Assembly (NCBI GenBank): GCA_027593235.1
Contig: JAQCIU010000042.1
Coordinates: 1 to 25,447 of the forward strand
Reading direction: 5' to 3'
From: Chloroflexota bacterium
GTDB taxonomy: Bacteria > Chloroflexota > Dehalococcoidia > UBA2979
DNA: 25,447 bases
Part shown: positions 1-8,546 of the stretch, piece after piece
How the letters are laid out: the number at the start of each line of letters is the position of its first letter
Numbering within the stretch: position 1 is the first letter of the stretch
Notes under the pieces: generated by a model
What the model was told of the DNA's origin: nothing
Database searches by the model: none
The model's input: the letters and a program-made list of their open reading frames with translations, nothing else
Position numbers and translations under genes: made by a program

Positions 1-446
1 GCCCGATCAGTCACAACGAAAAGGAGAAAGTCATGATTACCTTGATGGCACGTCACCACGTCGACGACTGGGACACGTGGTTTCAGAGTGCAAGAAGCCC
101 TTATGAGATCGAGTTCCGGTACGGAAAGCGAGAAGTCGTGATCGCCGGTCCAGTTGAGATCGATCGGGGTTTCGACAGCTCCCTTGAGCGCGGATCCGAA
201 GTACCGGGGGCAACCCTGGAACGGCGGCACGTCGAGGTAGATCGTCCAATCACCGGCGGGGTCACGGTGCCAGAGACTGGTGTATGCGGGGCCGTAGGAC
301 GAGACAGGGACGCGCCGCATCGCGAGGAGGTGGCCAGAGTCGAACTGGAGGCCGAGCAACCCATAGCCCCCGAGGTATTCGTCACGATCGATCTCGGGTG
401 CGACGGCCAGCTCCACTGCCTCGGCGAGGGTCCTGGGTTGCAGCAT
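1..446 (-). pseudogene. Conserved-looking hypothetical protein, probably C-terminally truncated (not in ORF track)
   Basis: Manual translation from ATG at 446, preceded by SD GAGGAGG: MLQPRTLAEAVELAVAPEIDRDEYLGGYGLLGLQFDSGHLLAMRRVPVSSYGPAYTSLWHRDPAGDWTIYLDVPPFQGCPRYFGSALKGAVETPIDLNWTGDHDFSLSVPELDL. It looks protein-like to about 105, and the frame then stays open off the window edge as antisense of another gene start. Confidence 0.65.
33..86 (+). pseudogene. N-terminal fragment of a small protein (MITLMARHHVDDWDTWFQ)
   Basis: Strong SD AAGGAG upstream of ATG 33. The H-x-V-D-D-W-x-x-W start resembles small dimeric alpha/beta-barrel (ABM/cyclase-like) proteins, from recall only. The rest of ORF 33..524 is the in-register antisense of the minus-strand gene. 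Confidence 0.45.
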
Positions 447-619
447 CCTGCATCCTCCTCGAGGGCCACATGCTCGGGGTGCGCGCGGATCGTGAGCGCC
501 CGTCTCCGGCCACCTCGAGGGTGAGTCGGGGCCGCGAAGTCGAGGCAATGTCGGTGATAGTATCGAGCCTGCCTCGAGCGGGCGGCGGCCGGCGAACACG
601 CCGGTGGGAGGCGACCCAG

Positions 620-1570
620 ATGCAACCATTTCGCGAACTGGCGGTCTTCACCGGCAACGCGCACCGCGCGCTGGCTGAAGCAGTGTGCAAGCACCTCGAA
701 ATGCCGCTGGGCGAGGTCGAGGTGTTCGAGTTCTCCAACGAGGAGGTCTTCGTCCGCTTCCTGGACAACGTCCGCGAACGTGACGTGTTCCTGATCCAGC
801 CGGTGGTTTCGCCTGTGAACACGCGGCTGATGGAACTGCTCATCATGATCGACGCCGCCAAACGGGCGTCGGCGGGACGGATCACGGCAGTCATTCCGTA
901 TTACGCGTACGGGCGATCCGACAAGAAGGATCAGCCGAGAGTGCCGGTGAGCGCGCGCCTGATCGCGAACTTCCTGGAGGTTGCGGGCGCCGATCGCGTG
1001 CTCACACTCGACCTGCACGCCGGGCAGATCCAGGGCTTCTTCAACATCCCGGTCGACGAACTGACCGCGTTCCCGATGATCGCGGACTACTTCCGCAGCG
1101 AAAACCTCGAATCGCCCGTAGTGGTGGCGACGGACGTCGGCGGCGCGAAGCGCGCGCGGAACGTGGCGGAGCGGCTCGGCTGCGAGTTGGCAATCATCGA
1201 CAAGCGGCGAACCGGGAACGACGATCACGCGGAGGCGATGACGCTGATCGGTGACGTCGCCGGGCACGACTGCATTGTCGTGGACGACGAGATCCTCACC
1301 GGGGGAACAGTCGCCTCGGCGGTGCGATTGATGCGCGAACGTGGCGCACGGTCGGTGCACGTGGCGTGCGTGCACCCGGTCTTCGCGTCGAAGGCATTCG
1401 ATGCCCTCGATACCAGCGACATCGACCAGATCGTGTTCACGGACTCATTACCGCTGGTGCACGGGGCGTTCAACAACGTCGAGACAGCGGTGCTGTCGAC
1501 GGCATCGATCCTCGGCGATGCGATCCACCGGATCCACACCGGCGGGTCGGTTGGCGCGCTGTTCCGCTAG
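620..1570 (+). CDS. prs: Ribose-phosphate pyrophosphokinase
   Basis: Motifs FSNEE, PYYAYGRSDKK, DLHAGQIQGFF, DKRR, VDDEILTGGT. SD GGAGG before ATG 620. Confidence 0.97.
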   Translation: MQPFRELAVFTGNAHRALAEAVCKHLEMPLGEVEVFEFSNEEVFVRFLDNVRERDVFLIQPVVSPVNTRLMELLIMIDAAKRASAGRITAVIPYYAYGRSDKKDQPRVPVSARLIANFLEVAGADRVLTLDLHAGQIQGFFNIPVDELTAFPMIADYFRSENLESPVVVATDVGGAKRARNVAERLGCELAIIDKRRTGNDDHAEAMTLIGDVAGHDCIVVDDEILTGGTVASAVRLMRERGARSVHVACVHPVFASKAFDALDTSDIDQIVFTDSLPLVHGAFNNVETAVLSTASILGDAIHRIHTGGSVGALFR

Positions 1571-1678
1571 GAGCCGCACCGCCGCTCGTTTAGCGAGCGA
1601 CCGCCGAGGTGTTCGCGCCCCCCCGCAGGGATCGACAAGTATCGGCGTCTTCCCGAAGCCAGCTACCGGACAGCGTCT

Positions 1679-1684
1679 TACACT
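1679..1684 (+). promoter_or_regulatory. Putative -10 element for secA
   Basis: TACACT about 30 nt upstream of the GTG start, followed by SD GAGGAGG. No clear -35. Confidence 0.35.
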
Positions 1685-1714
1685 AGAAGGCCCACGCTCG
1701 AGGAGGCCCCACCC

Positions 1715-4327
1715 GTGTTTGGTGCCGTCAAGAAGATCTTTGGTAGCGATTCCAATGAGCGCGCGCTCAACCAGCTGCGCCCACTGGTCGATCTGGTCAA
1801 CGAACACATCGCAGCGACGGAGGCACTCTCCGACGATGCGCTCCGCGCGAAGACCGACGAGTTCCGTAGCCGCCTCGCGGCCGGCGAAACCGTCGATGAC
1901 CTGATGCCCGAGGGGCTCGCGGTGGCGCGAGAAGCAGTGGCGCGTGGCACCGGGGAGCGCGCATTCGACGTCCAGATCCTGGGTGCGATCGCGCTGCATC
2001 GAGGTTCGATCGCGGAGATGCGGACCGGCGAGGGCAAGACGCTGGTGGCGACGCTGGCGCTGTATCTGAACGCGCTCGAGCAGCTCGGTGCGCACCTCGT
2101 GACCGTGAACGACTACTTGGCCCGGCGTGACGCGCAGTGGTACGGACGCACCGCGCTGATGCGGCTGGGGTTGACGATTGGCGTGCTGCAGAACCAGAAC
2201 GCCTTCATCGTCCAGCCCGAGGAGACCTCCGAGCAGGGGTCATTCGAGTACCTCGCAATGGCGAATCGTCGCGAGGTCTACGCCTGCGACGTGGTGTACG
2301 GAACGAACAACGAGTTCGGGTTCGACTACCTGCGCGACAACATGGCGACGAGCCTGGAAGGGCGCGTCCAGAAGCGCCGGCACTACGCGATTATCGACGA
2401 GGCCGACAGCGTCCTGATCGATGAGGCGCGGACCCCGCTGATCATCTCCGGGCCGGCGCAGGACGACGTGCGCCTGTACCCGCGCTTCGCGCGGATCGTG
2501 CCGTCACTGACGCGCGACGTGGATTTCACCGTCGATGAGCGGACGCGCAGCGTGGCGCTGACGGAGCCGGGCGTCGAGAAGCTCGAGGGTGCGCTCGGCA
2601 TCGAGAACTTGTACTCGCTGGAGAACTTCGCGCTGACGCGCTACATGGAAGCGGCGCTGAAGGCCGAGGTGATCTACCAGCGCGACCGCGATTACGTGGT
2701 CAAGGACAACGAGATCATCATCGTCGATGCCTTCACCGGACGCCTCATGGAAGGCCGACGCTGGTCGGACGGCCTGCACCAGGCGGTCGAGGCGAAAGAG
2801 GGCGTGAAGGTCAACCAGGAATCGGTGACCTACGCGACGATCACGATTCAGAACTTCTTCCGCCTCTACGACAAGCTCTCCGGCATGACCGGTACGGCCG
2901 TGACCGAGGCCGAAGAGCTGTCCGAGATCTACAAGCTCGAGGTGGTGGTGGTGCCGACACACCGCGAGATCGCGCGTGTCGACAAGCCGGACCTAGTCTT
3001 TCGCGTGAAGCGCGCGAAGTGGGCAGCGGTGATTGAGGACATTGTCGAGAAGAACTCGGAAGGCCGGCCAGTGCTGGTCGGCACGGTCGCGATTGAGTCC
3101 TCGGAAGACCTGTCCGCGCTGCTGACGCGGCGGGGGATTGAGCACGAAGTGCTCAACGCGAAGCAGCACCAACGCGAGGCGGCGATCATCGCGCGCGCGG
3201 GCCTGGAAGGCGCGGTCACGATCGCGACCAACATGGCCGGGCGCGGCACCGACATCAAGCTTGGCGAGGGCGTCGCCGCGAGGGGTGGACTCCACGTCAT
3301 CGGCACGGAGCGCCACGAATCACGACGCATCGACAACCAGCTCCGGGGCCGTTCCGGTCGCCAGGGCGACCCGGGCACGACGCGATTCTTCGTGTCGTTC
3401 GAGGACGACCTGATGAAGCGCTTCGCCCCGGACTGGCTGCCGGGGATGATGGCGAAACTGGGGCTGGACGAAGAGACCCCGCTCGAATCGAAGATGGTGA
3501 CGAAGGCGATCGAGCAGGCGCAGCAACGCGTCGAGGGCTACAACTTCGACACCCGGAAGCACGTCGTGGAGTACGACGACGTGATGAACACCCACCGCGA
3601 CGTCATCTACTCCGAGCGTGACCGGGTGCTGGACGGCGAGGACCTGCGCGAGACGGTGCTGACGATGGTGGAGGACGAGATCGACGCCCTGGGCGCGTCG
3701 CACCTGACCGCCACCCCGCCCGATCCGACCGCGTTCTTCCAGACGCTGGAGGCGACGCTGCCGTTGCAGGGGGAGCTGACGCTGGAAGCGGTGCAGGCCG
3801 GCCCGGCCGATGCGGTGATCGAGCAGGCGCTGGATATCGCCGAGCGCCGCTACGAGGAGTTGGAGGTGGCGAACACGCCGGACCTCCAGCGCCTGGCGGA
3901 GCGGCTGGTGCTGGTGAAGACGATCGACACGCTGTGGGTGAGTCACCTGACGGCGATGGACGAGATGCGCCAGGGCATTGGTCTGCGCGCGTACGGACAA
4001 TCCGATCCGCTGGTCGCCTACAAGCGCGAAGCGCACGACATGTACGAACAACTCTCCGAGCGCATTCGGCAGACGGTAGCGCGGAACATTTACCACACGC
4101 GGGTCCAGGCGGCACAGGCACGGCATTTGCTGGGCGAACAGACGCCGCAGCAAATGCGCACCTCGGGCCCGAGCGAGCCTGGGACCGAGGGCGAGACGGC
4201 CGCCGCGGAATCGAACGGCAGCGGTGCGACCTCGGCGCTGGCGATCGATCCGAACGCCTCGCGGGCCGATCGGCGGCGCGCCGAGCGGCAGCAGAAGAAG
4301 TCGCAGAAGCGCGCGCCGCGGCGCTAG
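1715..4327 (+). CDS. secA: Preprotein translocase ATPase SecA
   Basis: MRTGEGKT, VTVNDYLARRD, GFDYLRDN, DEADS, ATNMAGRGTDI, RRIDNQLRGRSGRQGDPG. Confidence 0.99.
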   Translation: MFGAVKKIFGSDSNERALNQLRPLVDLVNEHIAATEALSDDALRAKTDEFRSRLAAGETVDDLMPEGLAVAREAVARGTGERAFDVQILGAIALHRGSIAEMRTGEGKTLVATLALYLNALEQLGAHLVTVNDYLARRDAQWYGRTALMRLGLTIGVLQNQNAFIVQPEETSEQGSFEYLAMANRREVYACDVVYGTNNEFGFDYLRDNMATSLEGRVQKRRHYAIIDEADSVLIDEARTPLIISGPAQDDVRLYPRFARIVPSLTRDVDFTVDERTRSVALTEPGVEKLEGALGIENLYSLENFALTRYMEAALKAEVIYQRDRDYVVKDNEIIIVDAFTGRLMEGRRWSDGLHQAVEAKEGVKVNQESVTYATITIQNFFRLYDKLSGMTGTAVTEAEELSEIYKLEVVVVPTHREIARVDKPDLVFRVKRAKWAAVIEDIVEKNSEGRPVLVGTVAIESSEDLSALLTRRGIEHEVLNAKQHQREAAIIARAGLEGAVTIATNMAGRGTDIKLGEGVAARGGLHVIGTERHESRRIDNQLRGRSGRQGDPGTTRFFVSFEDDLMKRFAPDWLPGMMAKLGLDEETPLESKMVTKAIEQAQQRVEGYNFDTRKHVVEYDDVMNTHRDVIYSERDRVLDGEDLRETVLTMVEDEIDALGASHLTATPPDPTAFFQTLEATLPLQGELTLEAVQAGPADAVIEQALDIAERRYEELEVANTPDLQRLAERLVLVKTIDTLWVSHLTAMDEMRQGIGLRAYGQSDPLVAYKREAHDMYEQLSERIRQTVARNIYHTRVQAAQARHLLGEQTPQQMRTSGPSEPGTEGETAAAESNGSGATSALAIDPNASRADRRRAERQQKKSQKRAPRR

Positions 4328-4331
4328 GCGA

Positions 4332-4847
4332 ATGACCGAGACACATCACATCGCCGCCAGCGCGATCGGGCGCCTGTCGCTCCGGCCTCCGGCGATCTGG
4401 ATCGTGAGCGGGCCGCCGACCGAGCATCGCCGGACGGTGGCGAGCACATTGCTCGCGCAACTCGACCGATCCGTGCACGTCAGCGGCGACGCACTGGCCG
4501 AGGCGATCGTCCGCGGGTACGTCGCGCCCGGCAAGGAGCCGCGCGACGAGGCGGAGCGTCAGGCAGAGCTGTCGATCCGAAACCAGTGCCTGCTCGCCCG
4601 TTCCTACGCGGAGGCGGGGTTCACGCCGGTCCTCGAATACGCCGTGCTCACGCGCAGTCACCTGGACGCCTACCGCCACTACCTGTCAGGCGGGCAGATC
4701 CGGCTGCTGATCGCGGTCGCCGAGGATGACCGATCGGCGGCAGCGGAGCTGCTGCGGACCGAGCTGGCTGGCCTCGGGCGGTGGGCGCCGGCCGGCGAGG
4801 ATGGGCCGACGATCGTCGCCGCCGAGGCCGAAGCCTCGATCAGCTAG
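4332..4847 (+). CDS. P-loop kinase-fold (AAA_33/phosphotransferase-like) protein with degenerate Walker A
   Basis: IWIVSGPPTEHRRTVAxxL, then SVHVSGD and LARSYAEAGFTPV, follow the small phosphotransferase-like pattern. ATG lies 4 nt after the secA stop. Confidence 0.7.
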   Translation: MTETHHIAASAIGRLSLRPPAIWIVSGPPTEHRRTVASTLLAQLDRSVHVSGDALAEAIVRGYVAPGKEPRDEAERQAELSIRNQCLLARSYAEAGFTPVLEYAVLTRSHLDAYRHYLSGGQIRLLIAVAEDDRSAAAELLRTELAGLGRWAPAGEDGPTIVAAEAEASIS

Positions 4848-4903
4848 CCAGTGCCGAGCCGCGATACGGCACTACTCCGGAGGGCCGGTAGACTGGATTG
4901 GTT

Positions 4904-5749
4904 ATGACTTCGCTCGCCCCCGACGCCGTACTCGAGACCGCGGAAGCACCGACTTCGCGTCGCCATGTGCGCGTGCCTCGCGAAGGCCCGCTCGACCCGG
5001 AACAGGCGGTCGAGGCGCTGCGACGACAGGTCGAGCGCGACATGCCGTGGTACCCGGCGCTGCTGGAAGTGATCGCGCGCTGGTCGGCGCCAGAGGAAGA
5101 ACTGCACGGCGTTCGGCAGCGCTACCTGATCGGCGGCGAGGCGTTCGACTGGTTGCTGCTGGCGCAGCGACTGCTCATCGAAGTGGAGGAGTTCCTGCCC
5201 GAGGGCGAGGTGGAGCGCCTGCTGATCTTCGGCCTCCCACCCGACGGCAGCTCCGAAGAGGACTTCGCGCGCGCGATTGGTGGACCGAAGCACCGCGCCC
5301 ATCTGAACTTCCAGTACGGGGTCACGATCGAGGAGCTGCTGCTGTTGGCAGCCGAGTTGGAACTGCAGAAGGTCGGCCGCCTTGCCGGCACCGGGCAGCC
5401 GCAGCCGGACGTGCTGGCGTACGAGCGGGTGTACGGGAAGAAGCTGGAAGAGTTGCAACTGCTCTACGCGACCGAGACCGATACCCGGCTCGCCGCGCGG
5501 ATGCGTCAGACGGAATTGCAGGCGTTCACGTACTGGTGTTCCAAGTACCGGTTGCGCACGAGCGAACCGGCACGGGTGGCCTCTGACACGAAGAAGGCGC
5601 TGGCACTGATGTCGCGAATGGATGCGGGTCGTGGACGGCTCGCCGATCGTGAGCGCGAGCCGATCGACGTGACGGTGCCAAAAGAGGCGCCGAAGGCGAA
5701 ACGCAAGCGGAAGCCGCGCAAGAAGAAGGCGCCGGCAAGCGAGAGCTAG
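4904..5749 (+). CDS. Hypothetical protein with basic C-terminal tail
   Basis: GC3-rich codon usage, globular-looking sequence (YLIGGEAFDWLLLAQRL, LNFQYGVTIEE, FTYW), and it ends KAKRKRKPRKKK. Confidence 0.85.
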   Translation: MTSLAPDAVLETAEAPTSRRHVRVPREGPLDPEQAVEALRRQVERDMPWYPALLEVIARWSAPEEELHGVRQRYLIGGEAFDWLLLAQRLLIEVEEFLPEGEVERLLIFGLPPDGSSEEDFARAIGGPKHRAHLNFQYGVTIEELLLLAAELELQKVGRLAGTGQPQPDVLAYERVYGKKLEELQLLYATETDTRLAARMRQTELQAFTYWCSKYRLRTSEPARVASDTKKALALMSRMDAGRGRLADREREPIDVTVPKEAPKAKRKRKPRKKKAPASES

Positions 5750-5758
5750 CGGTCGTCG

Positions 5759-7678
5759 CTACGAGGTGGTGGCGACGGGCGAGGGCGACGTCACACCAGC
5801 GCGGTCCCGGCGCAGCGCGCGCACCGTACGGACGATGCCGGCAACATCAAGGCCCGCTTCGGTCCGCTGCTGGGACTGCGATGCGTGCTCGACGATCGCA
5901 TCCGGCATCGCGATCGCACCGAGGTAGGCACCAGCGAGCCCGTGGTCCGCAAGCAGCGACAGCACTGCCTCACCGAAACCGCCGGCGCGCACGTTCTCCT
6001 CGATGGTCACCACCGCGCTGGTGCGGCGTGCGGCTTCGAGGATCAGCTCTTCATCCAGCGGTTTCGCGAAGCGGGCGTTGATCACGGCGGTGCTGACACC
6101 GTCGACAGCGAGCGCCTCGGCAGCCTCGAGGCAATCGGGCAGCACGGAACCGAACCCAATCAGGGCGAGATCGTCGCCCGGCTGGAGCGTGGTTCCGGTG
6201 CCGATCCGAACCGGCTCGCCGGTGCGCACCGACAGATCGAGCGGGGCGCGGCCTCGTGGGTAGCGGATCGCGAACGGGCCGTCGTGCGCGAGCGCGGTGC
6301 GCAGCAGATCGTCCAGCTCGGCGGCGTCGACCGGGGCGGCGATCACCATGTCCGGCAGGCAGCGCAGGAAGCTGATATCGGCGAAGCCCTGGTGGGTGCG
6401 ACCGTCCTCGCCGACGTGACCGGCACGGTCAATCGCGAAGACGACGGGAAGCCCCTGCACCGAAACGTCGTGGACGACGGAGTCATATCCGCGCTGGAGG
6501 AAGGTGGAGTAGATGGCGACGATCGGCTTCATGCCAGCGGCAGCGAGGCCGGCGCCGACGGTGACGGCGTGCTGCTCCGCGATGCCAACATCGATGACCC
6601 GCGTGGGGAACTCACGCTCGAGGGCGGTGAGCCCGGAGCCCTCGATCATCGCCGGGGTGATCACGACGATGCGATCGTCCTCGCGCATCAGCCGGGCGGC
6701 GGCGTCACCGAAGACCTGGCTATAGGTCGGGACCGGGGTCACCGAGGCGTCGCCGGCTGGTTTGAGCCAGTAGGTGCCGCTGTGGCTCTTCACCGGATCG
6801 GCGGCAGCTTCCGGGACGCCGTGCCCCTTCTCCGTGCTGGCGTGGATCAGCGCCGGCTTGCCGGTGAAGTGCTTCACCGAGCGCAGCGTCGACTCGAGTT
6901 CGTCGATGTCGTGACCATCGATCGGTCCGTAGTAGTCGAAGCCGAGGTGATCCCAGAAGCCGGACTGGACGATGAACTCGCGGGGGACGCGCTTCAGACG
7001 GCGCCATTCGTCCCACCACCAGTTGCCCGTTGGCATGTGTGTGACGACTTTCTTCAGCTCGTTCTTGAAGTCGCGGTACGCGGTGTTCACGCGGAGACGG
7101 TTGATGCTGCGGTTGATGGCGCCGACGTTCGGCGAGATCGACATCTCGTTGTCGTTGAGCACCACGATGACGTCGCTACCGAGCGATCCGAGGTGATTAA
7201 GAGCCTCGAAGGACATGCCGGCGGTGAGCGCACCGTCGCCGACGACGGCGACGATATCGAAGTCCTCACCGCGGAGATCACGCGCAAGGGCGTACCCGGC
7301 GGCGGCGCTGAGCGCCGTACCGGCGTGGCCGACCCCGAAGGCATCGTGCTCGCTTTCGCGACGGTCGGGGAAGCCAGAGAGGCCGCCCCGCTGGCGGAGC
7401 GTGCTGATTTCGCCGCGCCGTCCGGTCATCAGTTTGTGGATGTAGGCCTGGTGGCCGACGTCCCAGATGATCTTGTCGCGCGGGGTCTTGAAGACACGGT
7501 GGAGCGCCAGCGACAACTCGACCACACCGAGGTTGGACGCGAGGTGGCCGGCGTCGCCATTCGCGTGGATGGTGTCGACGAGGAGCAGTCGGATCTCCTC
7601 GGCGAGGACGTCCATCTCCACGGACGAGAGGGATCCGAGCTCACGGCCGGCATCCAGCGCATCGAGCAGACTGGCCAT
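5759..7678 (-). CDS. dxs: 1-deoxy-D-xylulose-5-phosphate synthase
   Basis: GHLASNLGVVEL, WDVGHQAY, GDGALTAGM..EALN, LNDNEMSIS, DVGIAEQHAV, YSTFLQR, DRAG. Confidence 0.98.
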   Translation of the reverse strand: MASLLDALDAGRELGSLSSVEMDVLAEEIRLLLVDTIHANGDAGHLASNLGVVELSLALHRVFKTPRDKIIWDVGHQAYIHKLMTGRRGEISTLRQRGGLSGFPDRRESEHDAFGVGHAGTALSAAAGYALARDLRGEDFDIVAVVGDGALTAGMSFEALNHLGSLGSDVIVVLNDNEMSISPNVGAINRSINRLRVNTAYRDFKNELKKVVTHMPTGNWWWDEWRRLKRVPREFIVQSGFWDHLGFDYYGPIDGHDIDELESTLRSVKHFTGKPALIHASTEKGHGVPEAAADPVKSHSGTYWLKPAGDASVTPVPTYSQVFGDAAARLMREDDRIVVITPAMIEGSGLTALEREFPTRVIDVGIAEQHAVTVGAGLAAAGMKPIVAIYSTFLQRGYDSVVHDVSVQGLPVVFAIDRAGHVGEDGRTHQGFADISFLRCLPDMVIAAPVDAAELDDLLRTALAHDGPFAIRYPRGRAPLDLSVRTGEPVRIGTGTTLQPGDDLALIGFGSVLPDCLEAAEALAVDGVSTAVINARFAKPLDEELILEAARRTSAVVTIEENVRAGGFGEAVLSLLADHGLAGAYLGAIAMPDAIVEHASQSQQRTEAGLDVAGIVRTVRALRRDRAGVTSPSPVATTS

Positions 7679-7863
7679 TGGCGATCCCCCACCATCAATG
7701 CGGGCCGGGCACGAAGCGCCCGGGTGCCCGCCGCGAGTGGTACTCCCAGAGGATATCGCCCCGGGCAGTGAACGGCCCGCGATATGCCGAAGGCGTGCGC
7801 TCGTGGGGCCGCACGCGACGCGGCAGCTCGAGGGATGCGTGGCCTCGGTGGTGCGCAGGCGCG

Positions 7864-7891
7864 CAGAAGCCCCGGGTTGCCGGGGCTTCTG
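7864..7891. terminator. Perfect 12-bp hairpin downstream of hsp20
   Basis: CAGAAGCCCCGG-gttg-CCGGGGCTTCTG, about 40 nt after the hsp20 end. No long U-tract. Confidence 0.6.
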
Positions 7892-7928
7892 TCGGGCACC
7901 TGCTGCGTGGGTGCGGGGCGACCGAGGG

Positions 7929-8378
7929 CTACTCGGCAGCGTTGATCTCGACCTGCTTCGGCTTCGCCTTCTACGGAAGCGGAATCCGCAGCGTGAGGAC
8001 GCCGCTCTTCAACTCGGCATGGACATCGGCGTCCGCGACGATGCCGGGGAGCGCGATGCGCCGGCTGACGGAACCGGAGGTCCGCTCGCGCCGGTAGAAG
8101 TGCTCGCCCTGCACCTCGCGCTCTTCGCTGTGCTGGCCCTTGATGGAGAGCACGCCGTCGTTGACGTTGACCTCGATGTCTTCCTTGTGGAAGCCCGGAA
8201 GCGATGCACGGACGACGAGCGCGCCCTCGGTCTCGGAGATATCGACCGGGAGGGTGCCCTCGTCCATCAGGCGGCCGGGCGTGCGGAAGAAGCTGTCGCG
8301 GAAAAAACTGTCATCGAAGAGGCGGTCCACGGTCTGGCGGAGGCTGGTGAAGGGGTCGTTTCGAACGATGTCGGCCAT
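7929..8378 (-). CDS. Hsp20/alpha-crystallin small heat-shock protein with internal TAG at 7971-7973
   Basis: PVDISE, ASLPG..KEDIEV, YRRERTSGSVSRRIALP, AELKSGVLTLRIP. After the TAG the frame continues KAKPKQVEINAAE to a second TAG at 7929. Confidence 0.93.
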
Positions 8379-8452
8379 CGATCTACCTTTCTCAGCGGCG
8401 GTGTCCGCTGAATCATGCGGTTCGCCCCGTAGTGGCTTTCTCTCTGTGACGC

Positions 8453-8481
8453 AGGATATGATCCTTACATAGTCTCGTCAA
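8453..8481 (-). promoter_or_regulatory. Sigma70-type promoter of hsp20
   Basis: Minus strand TTGACG (8481-8476), 17 nt spacer, TATCCT (8458-8453). Confidence 0.7.
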
Positions 8482-8513
8482 GATATCTTAGTGTTTACAA
8501 CTCAGATATCTTG
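8479..8513. promoter_or_regulatory. HAIR-like operator (putative HspR site)
   Basis: CAAGATATCTTAGT-N7-ACTCAGATATCTTG, a 13/14 inverted repeat. The core AGT-N7-ACT matches HAIR (CTTGAGT-N7-ACTCAAG), and hspR lies in the adjacent operon. Confidence 0.75.
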
Positions 8514-8540
8514 TGCGTTGGTCCATCGGATGGATATACT
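8511..8540 (+). promoter_or_regulatory. Sigma70-type promoter of cbpA-hspR-clpC
   Basis: TTGTGC (8511-8516), 18 nt spacer, TATACT (8535-8540). Confidence 0.65.
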
Positions 8541-8546
8541 AGTCCC

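Noticed and set aside
33-524. 163-aa plus-strand ORF as an intact gene
   Set aside because: From about 105 onward it is the in-register antisense of a more protein-like minus-strand gene with its own SD.
7971-7973. Pyrrolysine or alternative genetic code
   Set aside because: TAG terminates many core genes here at their expected ends, and there are no pyl genes in the window.
8379-8446. ROSE thermometer or c-di-AMP riboswitch in the hsp20 leader (CGCTGAATC)
   Set aside because: The 8-bp stem ends before the SD core, there is no ROSE U(U/C)GCU pairing, and the GCTGAATC match is on the wrong strand and lacks the rest of the aptamer.
8440-8546. AT-rich island as foreign DNA, or a CIRCE element
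   Set aside because: Explained by two promoters plus an operator, and it does not match TTAGCACTC-N9-GAGTGCTAA.
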